The notes beneath the pieces are model-generated. The model was not told where the DNA came from, did no database searches, and saw only the letters and a program-made list of their open reading frames with translations. From Camelus dromedarius (Eukaryota): a DNA stretch of 64,000 bases. Of the stretch, positions 59,383 through 64,000 are shown one piece after another. Every line of letters begins with the position of its first letter. The stretch's first letter is position 1. Position numbers and translations under genes: made by a program. The stretch lies in the NCBI RefSeq assembly GCF_036321535.1, contig NC_087437.1, forward strand, positions 39,434,001 through 39,498,000. Reading direction: 5' to 3'.

Positions 59383-62174
59383 CAGAAGTTCAAATTCAAA
59401 TTAGGGCTATATTTTAACTAAAAATATACTAATACATTCTCCCAACTTTGCTCCCTATCCCCCACCCCCAATGCTATTATATTTACCCTGGTACAGCCTT
59501 CTCTTGGAAGAGCTTAACAATCCATAGAAAATGTATGTTAACTACAACTATTTTTTGGTGAAAAACAAGACAGTAGAGAAAGGTAAAAATGGTGATAAAT
59601 TAAAAAACCATAATGAAAGCCAATGAAATTCCTAAATAATGAAAATATTTACAAGTCTTAGCTAACAATTCCACCTTTTAAAATAGTATTCATGGGAATA
59701 AAGTTCAATATAAGAACAGTATTTCCCTGGAGTTTAATGTAAAAAAAAAAAATCTATTTGGAAAATTCCTCATGTTAATCAAAATAGATGTTCACATATA
59801 CTATAGAGTTTTATAAATATGTTTAATATTTTTTACTGGAATCAAATTTCAATTATTTCATGTGAAAGGCTTTACATCTAAGTAACTGGAAACTTTCAGA
59901 TAACTAGATAATGAACTTTAGATAGAATTGTCAAATATTTAACCTGGCTTCATCATTTGCTATAATTTTACATTTGATTTTCATTAGAAACAGAGAAACA
60001 AATGGATAAAAGGAACGATTGTGTAAAAAAAACGAAATATGTGAAATAATGAATTAAATAAGACCAAAGATGATAAAGTCAGTTTACAAAGATGAATAGT
60101 TTACCTATTGCAAATGTTGATCTCAAAACTAATTTCACAACAAATTCTTTCCCTAAAAAAAAAAAAGGAAGAAAGAAACATGTCATGGCCAATAACTGCT
60201 GGAAAACTGTGGAGACTGGCACTTCCAAAAGCTTGGCAGATTATTAAGCCAATTTTTATTGAGTCCACTCTAGCCGTTGGAGGGTCTGTGATTCCCAACT
60301 GTTTCACATCAGAGAATGAAAACAAGTAGGGCTCAGCCAAGACCACATTGGTGACTGCCAGCCCCTTTATATGCCAAACATGAAAGCAACAAGTCCAGAT
60401 GCTTTGATCCTTGCATTGTTGGATTCAGCCCAAAGTTATAGGAAAAAAGCACAACTCATGTTAGGACAACATACATTATAACTAGAAATCAATCAATAGC
60501 ACTGTGACCTTCAAACTCAGTAAATGTTTGGAGTTAGTTTCAGAGCATGTAATCTAAATTGGGGATTGGAAGTTGGAACTAGTCCTAAACTAACAGAAAA
60601 AAATGTATATTTTTAAAATAGAGAGATTAAAGGAAGCAACAGATGAAGTTTTAATTTGTATGTGTATGTGTGTGTGTGTGTATATGTATATATTCATGGA
60701 GAATGTATTCTAATTTAAAAGACTCCAAATGGTAAGAAAAGAAAGCCTTGACCACAATGAAAACCTCTTTCCCTGCATATAATTAAAAGAGAAACCAAAT
60801 TGTGGCAGGAAAATATATTGGAAGGAAATTATGAGCTTTCTCCCAATTTAGGGTAAGAGAATAATGAGATAATTTAAGAGGTGAGTCACTTGGTTGCTAG
60901 GATACTGTCCTGACTTGCAGCAGCCCTCCTGCCTGCCAACTAAGGAAACAATTGGCTCTGGTCTTGGCAGGGCTGTGGCCCTAAATTCCCCAACACAGGT
61001 ATATTGCAGAGCTGGCGATGCAGAGCTGGCGATGCAGAGCTGAGCTGAAGAGTGGACGGCCAATCTGAATTTGGGCACAAGAAAAATTGTAGCCTCAACT
61101 CTAGTATTTAAAGCACTGCCTTTGGCCAGGGCAGTTACTTGAAAAATAATCTGCTGGGTTAGAAGAAATAACGGTTAAAAGTAGTTCAGTGTAGGCGGGC
61201 AGGATTTGGCACCAAGAAGTAATTAAGAGTAATTTTGCATCCTTTATTTTATTTTGTTTTTTAGCTTCACAATAAGGATCCAACTGTAACACAATTTCTG
61301 TCTAGACTACATTGTGTTAAAACCTCACCGTTTTGTATTATAAAGCTTTTGAACGGTTCCTGGCACCAAACAGGCTGTTCTAACACAAAAGCTAATATAT
61401 AGTAATGCTGATAACGTTCAAGAACCTATCATTAAGATTTCTCTTTCTCTTCTCATTTTTTTTAAGTACACTTTTTTTTTTTTGTCAGAAAAGTAAATTA
61501 GTGGTGGTGATAATACTTTGCAATCTCTACTGACATGTCAGAAAGACAATGTACAGATAGTCTAACATTTTCAAAACCTTCCAGGAACTGGAGAAGTCAG
61601 TTCCTGGAAGATCTGGTCTCAGCCTGCAAAAACAACTTTTTTTTTTCCCATGCAATATGAACTTATTCAAAATGCCTCATAGCATCTCCAAGAGAGTTGG
61701 GCCAGGAAAGATGCTATCAGTTTGACTGTTTATCCATATGTGCTCTGGATGTCTACACGTGTGCCCTTGCACAAGGCAGGGACTACTAGTGTAAGGCATA
61801 AGATAAGACTAAGTTAAGGCACAAGATCAGAAAGTTGCCTGTTTGTTAGAGTCCATTTACCCAAGTCTGGGAACAGCTCGATTCAAAACTTAGAAACACT
61901 GACATCACACCATGGAATTCATCTTTTGCACTGGGATTTTAAGTTGTTGCTAGTTACCGCTTACATAGATTAATGCTCATATGTTATACATGTATTTCAT
62001 TTCCTTAGTGAAATTCTACTTTTACTTGAAGCAAATATTAACTAGATCTATTTCTAAATAGATATATAAATAGTGAGTTGAAAAAAAGTATACATCTAGT
62101 CACTTATCCATTAATTCTTTGTTGAGCCCTTATAACTTGTGTTGGAGGCTGAAAGGAATTTTAAAAATGAAAAA

Positions 62175-62395
62175 ACAGTATGCTAAAGCAGAAGAGTCAC
62201 AGTCTTGGAATAAGAATGGTTCGATCCTGGCTTCTTCATTTAGCAAGGCTATGACCTTGAAGAAATCACTTATTCTCTCCGTATTTCAGTTTCATCATTT
62301 TAAAAATTGAAATAAAGCCACAACACTACTCTACTCTGGTCTTTGAGGATTCAGGGAGAAAATACTAAATAGGTAACAATTGTTTGTAAATGTGG
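62175..62395 (+). mobile_element. MIR SINE
   Basis: ggttcgatcctggcttcttcatttagc...tatgaccttgaagaaatcacttattctctccgtatttcagtttcatcattttaaaa. Confidence 0.65.
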
Positions 62396-63764
62396 GGCCA
62401 ACATAGGCATTATAAGGAGATGACATTTTCCTGCTGCTACGGAACTTCCCAGCCATTTCTGGAGGCAAAGTATCTTTACATAAAATGGTTTGGGTACTTC
62501 AAAAGGAGGTTTCTCATACATCACAATGAGTAGTAAAAAAAAAGTAACTTGTATTTATTAAATTCACTATGACATCAAGAGAACTAGGAGAGTAAGTGGA
62601 AGCTTCAGGATTTCAGAGGACCGCAGAAGATGGGACAATTGCATTCAACCAAGAAAAAGAGAAAACAGGTAGTTGGGGGAGGTCTGTAAACCACAGTATA
62701 AAAGTACAAATATACAATAGATATTCACTTGGTTGATCATTTATTTACTCAAAAATATTTGTTTATTTACTCAAAAATATTTGAAGAGAGCAATTTGGCT
62801 GAAACTCTTTCAGAGAAGATGGGAGACAAAATGTAAAGCTTTCCCTACTTTCTCATTTGTTATAAATAATTGTAAAAGCTGAGGCAACTGTGTCACATTA
62901 GAGACAAAACAAGTAAAAGATGTATATCCCAAAGGAGAAAATATAAGAGAGACTAACAAGAAATCTGTTCCAATTTCTTGAGCCCAAGCTTGCCAAGTGG
63001 GGAAGTGACATTCAGGCCAAAATATAGTGATGTGTTTTTGGAACAACTCCTGGCTTAGTCCTGGGTTTGGAATAATGATGGAGGGGTATTTTGGATGGTG
63101 CATCTGGTCTACTCTGTGTTGGCACCTCTGATGTTGTTCCGAAGGTAGGTGAGCCACTCTGTCTTGTCAGAAGGCAAGCAATGCTGGATGTCAGGCAGAT
63201 GGCCAGGAACACCAAGAAAGGCCTGAAGGAGGGTCAGAGGTGGAGGAGGGAAAAAAGGAGAGCTCAGTCAGTCCCATTCCCAGCTGGAGTACATACAAGA
63301 GTTGCTGGCAGTATATATATGCCTCAGATCTGCAGTCCAACAGAGAGTCTGAATAAAGGACAGTGGGTTGCATCCAGTGCCTAAGTTGGCCATGAACTTC
63401 CCAGATGGGTTGGTTGGGGCAACAAGAAGTAACAGATGTAAGCAAGACACATTATGCAAAAAGTCAGAAAAACAGATGAAACCTGTCTGGAGATTTGTAA
63501 TGATCTGCTGTCTCAGCTCTGCCTTGGTATCTCCTCTTTTTCTTCCTCTTTCTCTTTTTCTGCCTCCCATTTCTCTGGCAAAACTCTCGGTCTTCTCCCT
63601 TGCCCCTTCACTTTTTTTTTTTTTGGTTCTGTTTTTGGCAACAATTCTATGAACACAATTTCAAGTTTAGGATTACACATTAGGATTTCTTGCAAACTAT
63701 TTTTAGAGGATTTTTTTTAAGTGAACAAACAATTAATGTTTAAGAGTTAACAGCAGGCATTTTC

Positions 63765-64000
63765 ATCTTCTGGTAATGGTGAACTAGCTTATTGGAGATG
63801 AACCCTTCCACCAAAAATAAGCAAAAATGGACAACACAGACACTCATATACACATAACTACATCTCTCTCTCTCTCTCTTTCTCCCTGTATAGATAAATA
63901 GATAGATAGATAATTTTTGTGCTTAGGAATTGGGAGCTATTAAGGCAGTGAGTTTAACAGAAGTCAAAATTTTCAAAGCAAAAGAAGTACAGAGACCTAG
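63765..64000 (+). mobile_element. Possible 5' end of an ancient L1M, containing (CT)n/(GATA)n microsatellites; runs off the window
   Basis: cttctggtaatggtgaactagcttatt...aacccttccacc.aaaa resembles recalled old L1M 5'-end consensus text. Confidence 0.4.

Noticed and set aside
1..64000. CRISPR arrays, operons, rRNA, retroviral gag/pol/env or non-retroviral endogenous viral genes
   Set aside because: No regularly spaced repeat-spacer arrays, and no long non-L1 ORFs or recognisable viral motifs were seen; highly degraded relics cannot be excluded without a search.

Overview
AT-rich, CpG-depleted, repeat-rich mammalian genomic DNA, most likely from a camelid, because it carries a tRNA-Ala-derived Vic-1-type SINE at ~39.4 kb. 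The first ~7 kb appear to hold the last three coding exons (+ strand) of a MEGF6-family multiple-EGF gene. The best fit is the MEGF6 paralogue EGFEM1, a pseudogene in human; this assignment rests on recalled protein similarity and sequence context, not a database search. The rest is non-coding gene-desert-like DNA made of ancient MIR, L2, L1M and MaLR/ERVL LTR fragments, microsatellites and several repeat-free, motif-rich blocks that look like enhancers. The dominant feature is a young, full-length ~7.06 kb LINE-1 on the minus strand (29238-36298) with a perfect 15-bp target-site duplication, a CpG-island 5' UTR and only four visible disabling lesions. It shows several unusual details: a YADD reverse-transcriptase motif, a ~400-nt inter-ORF spacer holding a splice acceptor and a 75-codon ORF overlapping the ORF2 start, and an antisense ORF0-like frame in the 5' UTR. 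No prokaryotic-type systems (CRISPR, operons), rRNA or genuine tRNA genes were seen. Almost all short ORFs in the supplied track are spurious. Boundaries and subfamily names of old repeats are approximate, judged by eye.
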